Of a stretch of 59,988 nucleotides of DNA, positions 40,636-49,610 are shown piece by piece. The position numbers and the translations under genes are program-made. Within the stretch, counting starts at the first letter, position 1. Each line of letters begins with the position of its first letter. Origin of the DNA: a virus (lineage: Duplodnaviria > Caudoviricetes); the IMG/VR virus record IMGVR_UViG_3300025276_003682, positions 1-59,988 of that record, one strand, 5' to 3'. The notes under the pieces were generated by a model that saw only the letters and a program-made list of their open reading frames with translations, searched no databases and was not told the origin of the DNA.

Positions 40636-41982
40636 ATGACATTAAAAGCATTGAATCAGTATGGAAAAGGATTCCAGCTGAAGGTATTGGGCTCATTACT
40701 AACAGACAAAAGCTTTCTTCTTAACGTAAGAGACGTATTACAAGAAGATTATTTTGACTCAGACGCACACAAGTGGATTATTAATGAACTAATAAGTTAC
40801 TTCGATAAGTATCATACTACTGTAACAATGGACGTATTAAAAGTCGAGTTACAGAAAATTGAGAATGATATACTAAAAGTAGCATTAAAAGAGGAATTAC
40901 GTAACTCATACGAAGCATCTCAAGATGATTTAGATTACGTACAGGAAGAATTTACAACTTTCTGTAAGAATCAAGAGATGAAGCAAGCTATCCTTAACTC
41001 TACTGATTTACTAAAAGCCGGTGATTTTGACGGTATTAGGAATACTATAGAAAAGGCTATGAAGGCCGGAATGGATAAGAATATCGGGCACGAGTACAAT
41101 AAAGACGTAGAATCTAGATACAGAACGGACTATAGGCCAACAGTGCCTACTCCTTGGCCTACTCTAAACGAAGGAATACAGGGAGGTTTCGGTCCTGGAG
41201 ATTTAGCAATCGTTTTTGGAAATCCTGGAGGAGGAAAAAGTTGGGCTTGTGTAGCAATGGCAGCCCATGCGGTTAAGATGGGATTTAATGTAAACTACTA
41301 TACCTTAGAGCTCGGTGAAGACTATGTAGGTAAGAGATTTGACTGCTACTTTACAGGGCATTCAATAGACATAGTAAATGATTACAGGAAAGATGTACAG
41401 ATTTATGTAGATAACCTTAAAGGTAAGCTTATAGTAAAGGAGTATGCACCTAAAGGAGCAACAGTTAATACAATTAAGTCACATATCCAAAAGTGTATAG
41501 ATATGGAACATAAACCGGATTTAGTAATAATTGACTACGTAGACTACTTAAGAGCACCTTCAAAAGGAAAATACTCAGAACGTAAAGACGAGATAGATGA
41601 TGTATTTATTGCGACTAAGGGATTAGCTAAAGAATTAAAAATCCCGATAATTACTCCGTCTCAGGTTAATAGAATGGGAGCTAAAGACTCAGTTATCGAA
41701 GGAGATAAAGCAGCCGGATCTTATGATAAAATGATGGTAGCTGATATGTGCTTCTCTCTTTCTAGAATGAAAGAAGATAAAGTATTAGGAACCGGTAGAT
41801 GGCATGTTATGAAAAACAGGTACGGACAAGACGGTATGACCTATAACTTAAAAATGGATACCAATAACGGCCATATTGAGTTCGAAGGGAAAACAGACTT
41901 GGAAGATCTAGACGGAGGTAACGGTGGACCTACATTTACCCTATCTAGAGAAAAGATGTCTGAATTATTTGACAAAAAGTAG
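40636..41982 (+). CDS. dnaB: Replicative DnaB-family helicase (gp41-like)
   Basis: GNPGGGKS, TLEL, IIDYVDYL, SQVNR and KNRYG motifs. Confidence 0.9.
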   Translation: MTLKALNQYGKGFQLKVLGSLLTDKSFLLNVRDVLQEDYFDSDAHKWIINELISYFDKYHTTVTMDVLKVELQKIENDILKVALKEELRNSYEASQDDLDYVQEEFTTFCKNQEMKQAILNSTDLLKAGDFDGIRNTIEKAMKAGMDKNIGHEYNKDVESRYRTDYRPTVPTPWPTLNEGIQGGFGPGDLAIVFGNPGGGKSWACVAMAAHAVKMGFNVNYYTLELGEDYVGKRFDCYFTGHSIDIVNDYRKDVQIYVDNLKGKLIVKEYAPKGATVNTIKSHIQKCIDMEHKPDLVIIDYVDYLRAPSKGKYSERKDEIDDVFIATKGLAKELKIPIITPSQVNRMGAKDSVIEGDKAAGSYDKMMVADMCFSLSRMKEDKVLGTGRWHVMKNRYGQDGMTYNLKMDTNNGHIEFEGKTDLEDLDGGNGGPTFTLSREKMSELFDKK

Positions 41983-42006
41983 AATATATATGCTATTTAT
42001 GATATC

Positions 42007-42044
42007 ATCTCCAATAAAAAGTACCTCTCTATTGGAGATTTTTT
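42007..42044 (+). terminator. Rho-independent terminator
   Basis: atctccaata...tattggagat 10-bp inverted repeat followed by a T run. Confidence 0.6.
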
Positions 42045-42081
42045 AATCTAGTACTATTAACAAACTAACAATTTAAAATTT

Positions 42082-43059
42082 ATGAAAAAGAACATATTCG
42101 AACCAAGCGAAGATGTTAGAGGAAACGATTACCCACATTTACTTAGGTATGCAAACGTAATTTGGGAAGCTTTCTGGACACCAGAACATTTTGACTACGA
42201 CAGAGATGTCAGGGACTTTAAGACAAAGTTTAAACCCCATGAGCAAGAAGCAATGAAGAGATCTATGCTCTGTATAGGAGTAGTTGAAAATAAAGTAAAA
42301 ACGTCATGGGCTAGGATAGATATTAGGTGTCCAAAGACAGAAATAGCAGATGCAGGACATGTATTTGCAGGGAATGAGGTTGTACATAGGAGAACATATA
42401 AACAGGGGTTAGATCTACTAGGTTTAGACGGAGCGTTTGAAGATATTATGGAAATACCTGAAATAGCAGGTAGGGTGCGCTATTTGAATAAGTACTTAAA
42501 AGGATATACATCTAGATCTAATAAAGAGTTTACAAAATCACTGATTTTATTTACCCTACTGGTGGAGAATGCAAGTTTATTTGCTAACTTTCTAACAATA
42601 TCAGCATTCGGTAAGTATAAGAATATGTTTACTAACTTTACAACAGTTGTTAATGCAACTTCGAAAGAAGAAGCTATACACGCTCAATTTGGTGCAGAAC
42701 TGATAAAAATTATTAAAGACGAAAATCCGGAGTGGTTTGATGCAGAGATGGAAGATAAGATTCGTAGAAATATTCGAAAAGCACTTGTAGCAGAAGAAGA
42801 GCTAATTGACTGGGTGTTCGAAAAAGGAGAATTGGAGTTTATGCCTAAAGCAGTAATTAAAGAATATACAAAACAAAGACTTAACCACGGATTAGAGTTG
42901 ATAGGGTATAAGAAAGAGTTTGAAGTAGACAAAGAACTACTAAAACCAACAGAATATTTTGATAGAATGGCAAAAGCACCAATTTCCTTCGATTTTTTCG
43001 CACAAAAAAGCACAGATTATAATAAACAAAACCTAATTACAGAAGACGCATGGGATTAA
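42082..43059 (+). CDS. nrdB: Ribonucleotide reductase small subunit, class Id-like
   Basis: FWTPE, VENKVK (Glu first ligand, Lys at +4), EVVH...Y, VENASLF, EEAIH and DFF....TDY. Confidence 0.9.
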   Translation: MKKNIFEPSEDVRGNDYPHLLRYANVIWEAFWTPEHFDYDRDVRDFKTKFKPHEQEAMKRSMLCIGVVENKVKTSWARIDIRCPKTEIADAGHVFAGNEVVHRRTYKQGLDLLGLDGAFEDIMEIPEIAGRVRYLNKYLKGYTSRSNKEFTKSLILFTLLVENASLFANFLTISAFGKYKNMFTNFTTVVNATSKEEAIHAQFGAELIKIIKDENPEWFDAEMEDKIRRNIRKALVAEEELIDWVFEKGELEFMPKAVIKEYTKQRLNHGLELIGYKKEFEVDKELLKPTEYFDRMAKAPISFDFFAQKSTDYNKQNLITEDAWD

Positions 43060-44768
43060 ATTTGGAATGGCTCAAGGATAAGGAGCAAAGAGATATGTTA
43101 AAAAGAGGCTACTTAAATGAAGGAGAAACACCAGAACAGAGGTTCCAGTCAATATGTGATACAGTACAAAAGTACTCTAACCAGTTAGCAAAGACAGAAG
43201 AAGCAAGAGAATACCTAAAAGGGATAGGTAAGAGATTTGAAAGCTATACCGCTAAAGGATGGCCTTCATTCTCCACACCGGTACTAAGATCATTCGGCTC
43301 AGAGCACAACCTACCAATTAGCTGTAACCACTCTATAATAGAAGACTCTATAGACGGTATTTACAAGAGGTTTTACGAAACAGGTATATTAGCAAGTAGG
43401 GGTGCAGGTACTGCTGTAAACGTATCTGACCTACGTCCGCTTGGTTCTCCTATTAAATCTGGGGGAGAAGCTAATAGTATTATGGAATGGATAGAACTCT
43501 ACGCAGATATGATGAGTAAGACAGCTCAAAATTCTCAAAGAAGAGGATTTATCACCTTCTACTGCGATGCAGACCACCCAGAAATCATGGATTTCCTAGA
43601 TATCGGAACAGAACGTATACCTAAGGATAAACAGAGATTTCTGACTACAGTTACCACTGCAGTTGTACTTCCTGAAGGTTTTAGACAAGCACTAAAGGAT
43701 GGCGATAAAGAAAAGAGAAAGATATTCACTAAGATACTAAACACTAGAAAAGAAGCTGGATTTCCGTATATTCTAGATGAAGAAAATTCAAATAAAGGTA
43801 TTTCTCAAGCATATATAGATAAAGGTATGAGAATACGTAACGCTAACATATGTGCTGAAGCTATCGAATATACAGATTACGAAAAGACATTCGCTTGCTG
43901 CTTGTCTTCTATAAACGCATACCATTGGGACGAAATAAAACAAGACCCTAACTTTCTGTTTGATATGAATATCCTACTAGATTGCGTTATAGAAGAGTAC
44001 ATAGAGAAAGGTGAAAAAATACCAGCAATTAAAGCTGCTATTAAATTTGCAAAAGAGCATAGAGCAATTGGTATGGGAATCTCTTCATTCCACTCCTACC
44101 TGCAGAAGAATAATATAGCATTCGGAACAGTACCTTCTATTACTGTTAACGGAGATATATTCTCTACTATGAGGAAAGAAGGAGATAGAGCATCTAAGTG
44201 GATGGCTAAGCATTTCGGAGAACCTAAAATGTTAGAGGGTTACGGAGAGCGTAATACAAGTCGTATGGCTCAAGCTCCTAAAAAATCTACTAGCTTTATA
44301 GATGGAGGAGTTACAATGGCATACAGTGAGGGTATTGAACCTCATAAAATAAACTATGGAGAAAAAATGGTAGCCAAAGTACAAGTAGAATGGAAGAATA
44401 GAGAATTAGAAGCACTACTTAGAAGCAAAGGAAAAGACACAGAAGAAGTTTGGGAGAGTATACTAAACTACGGAAGTTCTGTACAACATTTAGACTTCCT
44501 ATCAGAACATGAAAAAGATGTCTTTAAGCTATTCCATGAAATATCTCAAGTAGATGTAATAAATTTAGCTGCCCAAAGACAGAAGCATATAGATATGGGA
44601 CAATCTATTAATCTAGCAATCCACCCTAATTCAGCTCCTAAAGACGTAATTAAACTTCATTTAGACGCTTTCGATAAAGGAATCAAATCACTATACTACC
44701 AGTACAACTTAAATGCTGCACAGCAATTCTCCCAAGAACTGTTAACATGTAGCGCCTGCGAAGGTTAA
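43050..44768 (+). CDS. nrdA: Ribonucleotide reductase large subunit (no ATP cone)
   Basis: FSTPV, LPISC, RRG, NICAE (NxCxE), CCLSS, GQSINL, SLYYQY and C-terminal CSACEG. Confidence 0.93.
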   Translation: MGLNLEWLKDKEQRDMLKRGYLNEGETPEQRFQSICDTVQKYSNQLAKTEEAREYLKGIGKRFESYTAKGWPSFSTPVLRSFGSEHNLPISCNHSIIEDSIDGIYKRFYETGILASRGAGTAVNVSDLRPLGSPIKSGGEANSIMEWIELYADMMSKTAQNSQRRGFITFYCDADHPEIMDFLDIGTERIPKDKQRFLTTVTTAVVLPEGFRQALKDGDKEKRKIFTKILNTRKEAGFPYILDEENSNKGISQAYIDKGMRIRNANICAEAIEYTDYEKTFACCLSSINAYHWDEIKQDPNFLFDMNILLDCVIEEYIEKGEKIPAIKAAIKFAKEHRAIGMGISSFHSYLQKNNIAFGTVPSITVNGDIFSTMRKEGDRASKWMAKHFGEPKMLEGYGERNTSRMAQAPKKSTSFIDGGVTMAYSEGIEPHKINYGEKMVAKVQVEWKNRELEALLRSKGKDTEEVWESILNYGSSVQHLDFLSEHEKDVFKLFHEISQVDVINLAAQRQKHIDMGQSINLAIHPNSAPKDVIKLHLDAFDKGIKSLYYQYNLNAAQQFSQELLTCSACEG

Positions 44769-44778
44769 AATACAAGTT

Positions 44779-45192
44779 ATGATATATATAATTTTAATTA
44801 CACTTCTCCTAGTTAGTCTAGGAGGAGTTACTTTACTCTATAAAAAAAAGATAGCAAACTTAAAAGCCGACTTTGAAAGTGAAAGAGCAGAGATAAGAAG
44901 AGATGCTAAAAAAAGATCCGGTGCTGTACAATGGGGTAAGACTATAGAACACTTCGTACCATTTATGACCGACTTTCCAGTACCTCCTGAAGATTGTACG
45001 TTCTTAGGTATGCCAATAGACTACGTTGCTTTTAAAGATACTGGAAGTAAGAATAAATGCTCGGTACATTTCGTAGAAGTAAAAAGCGGTAGCGCGTTTC
45101 TTATGGGAAAACAGAAGAATATAAAAAAGGCGATTGAAGAAGGTAGAGTGTTTTGGCATGAAATATCCGTAGATGGAAATAATGTAAAATAG
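44779..45192 (+). CDS. Holliday-junction-resolvase-like PD-(D/E)xK endonuclease with N-terminal membrane anchor
   Basis: Hydrophobic N-terminus, G...EHFVPF, FLG.PIDYVAF, FVEVKSG and Q..IK.AIE.G.V.W. Confidence 0.8.
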   Translation: MIYIILITLLLVSLGGVTLLYKKKIANLKADFESERAEIRRDAKKRSGAVQWGKTIEHFVPFMTDFPVPPEDCTFLGMPIDYVAFKDTGSKNKCSVHFVEVKSGSAFLMGKQKNIKKAIEEGRVFWHEISVDGNNVK

Positions 45193-45247
45193 TTGTTTTT
45201 TAGTATAATTTTTCTTATATTATTATATAATCATAAATCAAAGTTAT

Positions 45248-45379
45248 ATGTCAAAAAACTCAAGTAAACAACTCTATACACAGACTATAGAGTGGCTTAA
45301 AACAAGAGGAATAAAAACCTCTTCAACTACAGGAAAAAAATCAAGATTTAGCAACTTTAAAGATAGAGGTAGAAAATGA
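45248..45379 (+). CDS. Small basic protein (43 aa; not in the ORF track)
   Basis: MSKNSSKQLYTQTIEWLKTRG...RGRK*. Follows a promoter motif and has ATGA overlap with thioredoxin. Confidence 0.55.
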   Translation: MSKNSSKQLYTQTIEWLKTRGIKTSSTTGKKSRFSNFKDRGRK

Positions 45380-45636
45380 TTAAAGTAATTAAATTTTACG
45401 CAGACTGGTGCGGACCTTGTAAAGTATACGCTAAAACTTTTGACAAAGTATCAGAAGAATTAAAAGACAAGTACGAATTTGTTAATATTAATGTTGAAAC
45501 AGATACAACAGGATTAGCAGCAGAGTATAAAGTTAATGGAATACCTACAACTGTTGTAATAGACGGTGACAACGTTAAATCGGAATCCGGAAGAATGGAT
45601 GAAAAGAGATTAAAAGGATTTATAGGAAGTGAATAG
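45376..45636 (+). CDS. trxA: Thioredoxin
   Basis: FYADWCGPCK and GIPT. Confidence 0.92.
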   Translation: MIKVIKFYADWCGPCKVYAKTFDKVSEELKDKYEFVNINVETDTTGLAAEYKVNGIPTTVVIDGDNVKSESGRMDEKRLKGFIGSE

Positions 45637-45973
45637 AAATATAGTTATAGCGATTATACTGTTCACAGCAGCACAAAGTATGATATGGTACCAGACTAAC
45701 TCTCAGTTCTTTAGTAACTGGGTAAAGGAAAGACCATTACTTATGGCCTGTTTAGGTATACCTATTAGTTATATTTTAATTTATGCTTCAAGGTATGTGG
45801 TAGCAGGGTTCGATGGACTTTTATGGCCTGGTAGGTTAATAGGATTTTCTGCAGGTATGGTAGTAATGGCTATACTGACTTATACACACTTAGGAGAAGG
45901 TATTACAGTTAAAACAGGAGTTACACTGTTACTGGCATTTATGATAGTAATGGTACAGTTATATTGGAAATAA
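45629..45973 (+). CDS. Small 4-TM membrane protein (SMR/DMT-like size)
   Basis: Four hydrophobic segments, ending LGEGIT.KT...L.L. Confidence 0.6.
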   Translation: MNRNIVIAIILFTAAQSMIWYQTNSQFFSNWVKERPLLMACLGIPISYILIYASRYVVAGFDGLLWPGRLIGFSAGMVVMAILTYTHLGEGITVKTGVTLLLAFMIVMVQLYWK

Positions 45974-45994
45974 TAAATAAAATAAATTTAAGTT

Positions 45995-46300
45995 ATGTTA
46001 AGAAGACCAGATTCTATCCCAGCAGCGGATACAGTTATTGAAGACACGGTTATGGAACCATTTTTTATTGCTAAATCTTCCTCAGGAGGATACACACTTT
46101 ATGAAAGAGTAATAAAAGGAGAAAATAATACCCACTATATTAAAACTATATGCTACCCAGCAACCTTTAATGCAGCCTTAAAATCGGTCTGTAGACAATT
46201 GTTAAATAGTAAAAGCAACCACTATACTTCTATTAAAGATTATATTAGTGAGTGGAGAATTATACAAGAAAAGATATCATCTTTTACAAATATAGAGTAG
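45995..46300 (+). CDS. Hypothetical protein (101 aa)
   Basis: Clean ORF with A-rich leader. Confidence 0.65.
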   Translation: MLRRPDSIPAADTVIEDTVMEPFFIAKSSSGGYTLYERVIKGENNTHYIKTICYPATFNAALKSVCRQLLNSKSNHYTSIKDYISEWRIIQEKISSFTNIE

Positions 46301-46380
46301 GAATTTAATAGTATATTTCTTATATTAAATTAACCGTTAGCCTATACGCGTAATACCTGGCAAATTAAAAAAGAAAAATC

Positions 46381-47172
46381 ATGGCAAAACATGTAGTTGT
46401 AAGTCTTAGTGGGGGAATGGACTCCTCAACATTATTATTAAGAGCATTAAAAGAATACGATACTGTAACTGGTATTTCATTTGACTATGGTCAAAAACAT
46501 AGGGTAGAGTTAGAAAGAGCTCAAGAATTAATTAATTATCTAGCAGATAAAGGTCATAAAGTAAATTATCGCCAAATTAAACTAGACGGATTAGTAGATT
46601 TACTAGACTCAGCTCTAGTAGAAGGTGGAAATGATGTACCAGAAGGACATTACGAAAATGAAAATATGAAAGATACTGTCGTACCTAATAGGAATAAAAT
46701 ATTTGCTTCTATTGTACAAGCTGTAGCATTATCAATAGCAAATAGAGAAGAAGAAACTTGTGATATTGCTTTAGGTATTCATGCTGGTGATCATGCTGTT
46801 TATCCTGATTGTAGACAAGAATTTAGAGATGCAGATGATAAAGCATTTAGAGAAGGTAATTGGGAGGCTGATAGAGTAGGGTACTTTACACCTTACTTAG
46901 ATACAGATAAATTTGGAATCTTACAAGATGGAGAACGATTGGTTAAAAAGTTGGGTCTTAGTTTCGATGAAGTATACAAAAGAACAAATACTTCTTATAA
47001 GCCTTATCCTTCAGGAAATAGTGATTATAAGTCTGCTTCTAGTGTTGAGAGGATTGAGGCTTTTATTGCCCTTGGCCGAAAAGATCCCGTACAGTATGAG
47101 GATGAAACTGGAGAAGTGGATTACGAAGTAGCGAGAAAACACGTTGAGAACGTTTTATCTGCATATTTATAA
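46381..47172 (+). CDS. queC: 7-cyano-7-deazaguanine (preQ0) synthase
   Basis: SLSGGMDS, FDYGQKH..EL, VVPNRN and HAGDHAVYPDCR. Confidence 0.95.
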   Translation: MAKHVVVSLSGGMDSSTLLLRALKEYDTVTGISFDYGQKHRVELERAQELINYLADKGHKVNYRQIKLDGLVDLLDSALVEGGNDVPEGHYENENMKDTVVPNRNKIFASIVQAVALSIANREEETCDIALGIHAGDHAVYPDCRQEFRDADDKAFREGNWEADRVGYFTPYLDTDKFGILQDGERLVKKLGLSFDEVYKRTNTSYKPYPSGNSDYKSASSVERIEAFIALGRKDPVQYEDETGEVDYEVARKHVENVLSAYL

Positions 47173-47200
47173 GCTCATGTTAATTAATTAAAGTAAAAAA

Positions 47201-47347
47201 ATGAGAACTACGAGCGATCAACAAAACGGTCAACCCCACACTAACGGTACCAGAAATACTTTTAATAATAGAGTAAATAGGTACGTTATGTTAGGAAAGA
47301 GTAAAAAAGTTCAATGGGACGGTAAAAGAAGAAACCGTTCTATCTAA
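47201..47347 (+). CDS. Small basic protein (48 aa; not in the ORF track)
   Basis: MRTTSDQQNG...RRNRSI*, downstream of TATTTATA at 47164 with an A-rich leader. Confidence 0.5.
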   Translation: MRTTSDQQNGQPHTNGTRNTFNNRVNRYVMLGKSKKVQWDGKRRNRSI

Positions 47348-47358
47348 AACAATCAGTT

Positions 47359-47958
47359 ATGAAAACTAAACTTGACAGTATCTCTAAGGTAATTTTATTT
47401 GCTATAATGTTATTTTCTTTAATGGCATTTACATCAATATATAAACTAAAAAGAGGTACTGTTAAAGTTAATGTAATTAAACCTGAGAAAGTTAAAGTAA
47501 GTACTACTCTAGATTCACCTATAATACCTAAAATAGTTATCAAAAACCATCAACTGTTTTTAAATGACTTAGGTCACCAAGAATCAGGAAATAGGTACAA
47601 TATAGTTAATAGGTACGGATATATGGGAAGATACCAGTTTGGAAAATCTACTTTAAAAACGTTAAAGATACGAGTAAGTCGGTCTGTATTCTTGAAAGAT
47701 ACAGTTTTGCAGGAACAAGCTATGTTTGCTTTACTTAAACATAATAAAAAACGATTGCAAAAACTTATAAATAAGTTTGATGGGAAAACCGTACACGGAG
47801 TATTAGTTACAGAATCAGGATTATTAGCAGCAGCTCATTTAGGCGGACAAGGAAGTGTTAAAAAGTGGTTTAGATCAGGAAGAGTAAGAAGGGACGGAAA
47901 TGGAGTAAAAATAACTACGTATATGAAAAAATTCGGAGGATATACCCTAAGTTTATAA
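47359..47958 (+). CDS. Lysozyme-fold muramidase/transglycosylase with N-terminal signal or anchor
   Basis: Hydrophobic N-terminus, QESGNRYNIVNRYGYMGRYQFG and LLAAAHLGG.G. Confidence 0.75.
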   Translation: MKTKLDSISKVILFAIMLFSLMAFTSIYKLKRGTVKVNVIKPEKVKVSTTLDSPIIPKIVIKNHQLFLNDLGHQESGNRYNIVNRYGYMGRYQFGKSTLKTLKIRVSRSVFLKDTVLQEQAMFALLKHNKKRLQKLINKFDGKTVHGVLVTESGLLAAAHLGGQGSVKKWFRSGRVRRDGNGVKITTYMKKFGGYTLSL

Positions 47959-47959
47959 A

Positions 47960-48547
47960 ATGAAAAAGAGTACAAAACACCTTATAATAGTAGGCCACCC
48001 TGATCAGAAATCTTTCTGCTATAGTGGCATATACAAAACCATTATTAGACAGATGAATAAGTATAACTCGGAATATAGAGTTATCGACTTGTATGAAGAT
48101 AAATTACATAGAGATAAAAAAGACCTGATAAAAAACTATAAGAAGTTAGTTACTTGGTCAACCCATATGTACTTTGTTTCACCAGTATGGTGGTTCAGGT
48201 TAACACCTAAGTTAGAAATGTTTTTTGACGAAGTATTCACACCTGGATTTGCATATAAATTTGTACCAATAGTAGGAAAGTATGCATACCCAAAACCATT
48301 CTTCAGTAATAAGAAAGTAAGGACGTATATTACACACGGAGCTCCAAAATTACCAGTTATAACACTGTATTTAAACTCTGTAAAGTTAAGACTAGTTATG
48401 GGAGTGTATACATTCGTATTTGGCTGGAACTTAAACAGATGGACTAAGACAAAACAATTCTGGTCAGTACCATTTGTATCAAAAGAAAAACGTAGAAAAT
48501 ACTTAAGAATAGTAAAAGAAGATATTAGAAAAGATTTAGGACTATGA
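47960..48547 (+). CDS. Flavodoxin-fold NAD(P)H-dependent oxidoreductase
   Basis: IIVGHPDQKSF, IDLY and SPVWWF..TP.L..FFDEVFTPGFAY. Confidence 0.85.
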   Translation: MKKSTKHLIIVGHPDQKSFCYSGIYKTIIRQMNKYNSEYRVIDLYEDKLHRDKKDLIKNYKKLVTWSTHMYFVSPVWWFRLTPKLEMFFDEVFTPGFAYKFVPIVGKYAYPKPFFSNKKVRTYITHGAPKLPVITLYLNSVKLRLVMGVYTFVFGWNLNRWTKTKQFWSVPFVSKEKRRKYLRIVKEDIRKDLGL

Positions 48548-48816
48548 AAAAAGTAAAAACTAGCTACTGGAATAACTACTTAAGGAAGATGGTTAGAGAT
48601 AGGAGACTAACACCAGCCGAACGTTTAGGTACAAGAATAGGCTATATGGGAGTAGGATTTTTAATAGCAGGTCAATGGACACTTAACCCAGCTATGTATG
48701 TAATAGGTTTTGGATGTGTCTTAATACAGGTAGCAATTCGTAGACAGTGGAACTTAGTAGCACTACAGTTAAACGGATTAATTGCCTGGACGATACATTT
48801 TATAAATTCGTTATAA
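48544..48816 (+). CDS. Small membrane protein (about 3 TM)
   Basis: Basic N-terminus followed by hydrophobic segments. ATGA overlap with the upstream gene. Confidence 0.6.
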   Translation: MKKVKTSYWNNYLRKMVRDRRLTPAERLGTRIGYMGVGFLIAGQWTLNPAMYVIGFGCVLIQVAIRRQWNLVALQLNGLIAWTIHFINSL

Positions 48817-48880
48817 AAAAAACGTATATTTAGTTGGAGATAAGAAATATTCTGACTATATTATACTATAGGTAATAATT

Positions 48881-48908
48881 AGTGTCGTAGCACCACTTTA
48901 AAAACACA
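48881..48908 (+). ncRNA. preQ1-I riboswitch-like aptamer in the leader of the queD/queE operon
   Basis: AGUG-UCGUAG-CAC-CACU-UUAAAAA-CACA: 4-bp P1 closed by G-C, UCGYAG loop, C before the 3' strand, A-rich tail then C. Lies between a promoter (TATATT at 48857) and the ATG at 48912. Confidence 0.7.
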
Positions 48909-48911
48909 CGT

Positions 48912-49136
48912 ATGCAAGAAGAAATACAAAAAGAGTTATGGAATAGAGAAATTAGAAACTCTATAAAAATCGACGGACAGAAGATACCTGATCCGAAATT
49001 ACATCAAAGAATATCTTTTATTAAATCAGCTATAAGAATGGGAGCATGTGCTTTGGGATTCTTTGGTATGTTTGAAGTTGGATTTATTGGACTATTTTTA
49101 GCAGAAATAGTTGGAATTGGTGAAGAATTAGTTTAA
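48912..49136 (+). CDS. Small membrane protein (74 aa), first gene of the queD/queE operon
   Basis: C-terminal hydrophobic hairpin (ISFIKSAIRMGAC...LAEIVGIGEELV). Confidence 0.65.
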   Translation: MQEEIQKELWNREIRNSIKIDGQKIPDPKLHQRISFIKSAIRMGACALGFFGMFEVGFIGLFLAEIVGIGEELV

Positions 49137-49145
49137 ATTATAATT

Positions 49146-49610
49146 ATGGGAAAATACCAATCAACAAAAGTATTTGACGGATACTCTACTGTATTTCGTC
49201 AATGGAAAGCAACAACTACACATTGTTCTAAACTACACGGATACGGTGTATCGTTTAAGATATGGTTTGAAGGAGAATTAGATGAAAGAAATTGGGTCTG
49301 GGATTTCGGAGGAATGAAAAGAGCTAAAGGGACTATAGAAAAGATGACACCTAAGGCATGGATGGATTATATGTTTGATCATACCTTTTTAGTAGCTGAA
49401 GATGATCCGTTCAAAGAATCTTTTATGCAAATGGACTTAGCAAAAGTAGCCCAAGTAAGAGTAGTTCCGGCAACAGGAGCAGAGAGCTTTGCTAAATTTA
49501 TTTACGAAAGTATAAATCCATTTATTGAATCAGAAACTGACGGAAGAGTTAAGATAGTTAAAGTAGAATTTAGAGAACACGCTAAAAACAGTGCAATTTA
49601 TGTCGCATAA
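49146..49610 (+). CDS. queD: 6-carboxy-5,6,7,8-tetrahydropterin synthase
   Basis: RQW...THCSKLHGY, WVWDFGG, FDHTFL, GAESFA and EFREHAKNSAIY. Confidence 0.9.
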   Translation: MGKYQSTKVFDGYSTVFRQWKATTTHCSKLHGYGVSFKIWFEGELDERNWVWDFGGMKRAKGTIEKMTPKAWMDYMFDHTFLVAEDDPFKESFMQMDLAKVAQVRVVPATGAESFAKFIYESINPFIESETDGRVKIVKVEFREHAKNSAIYVA

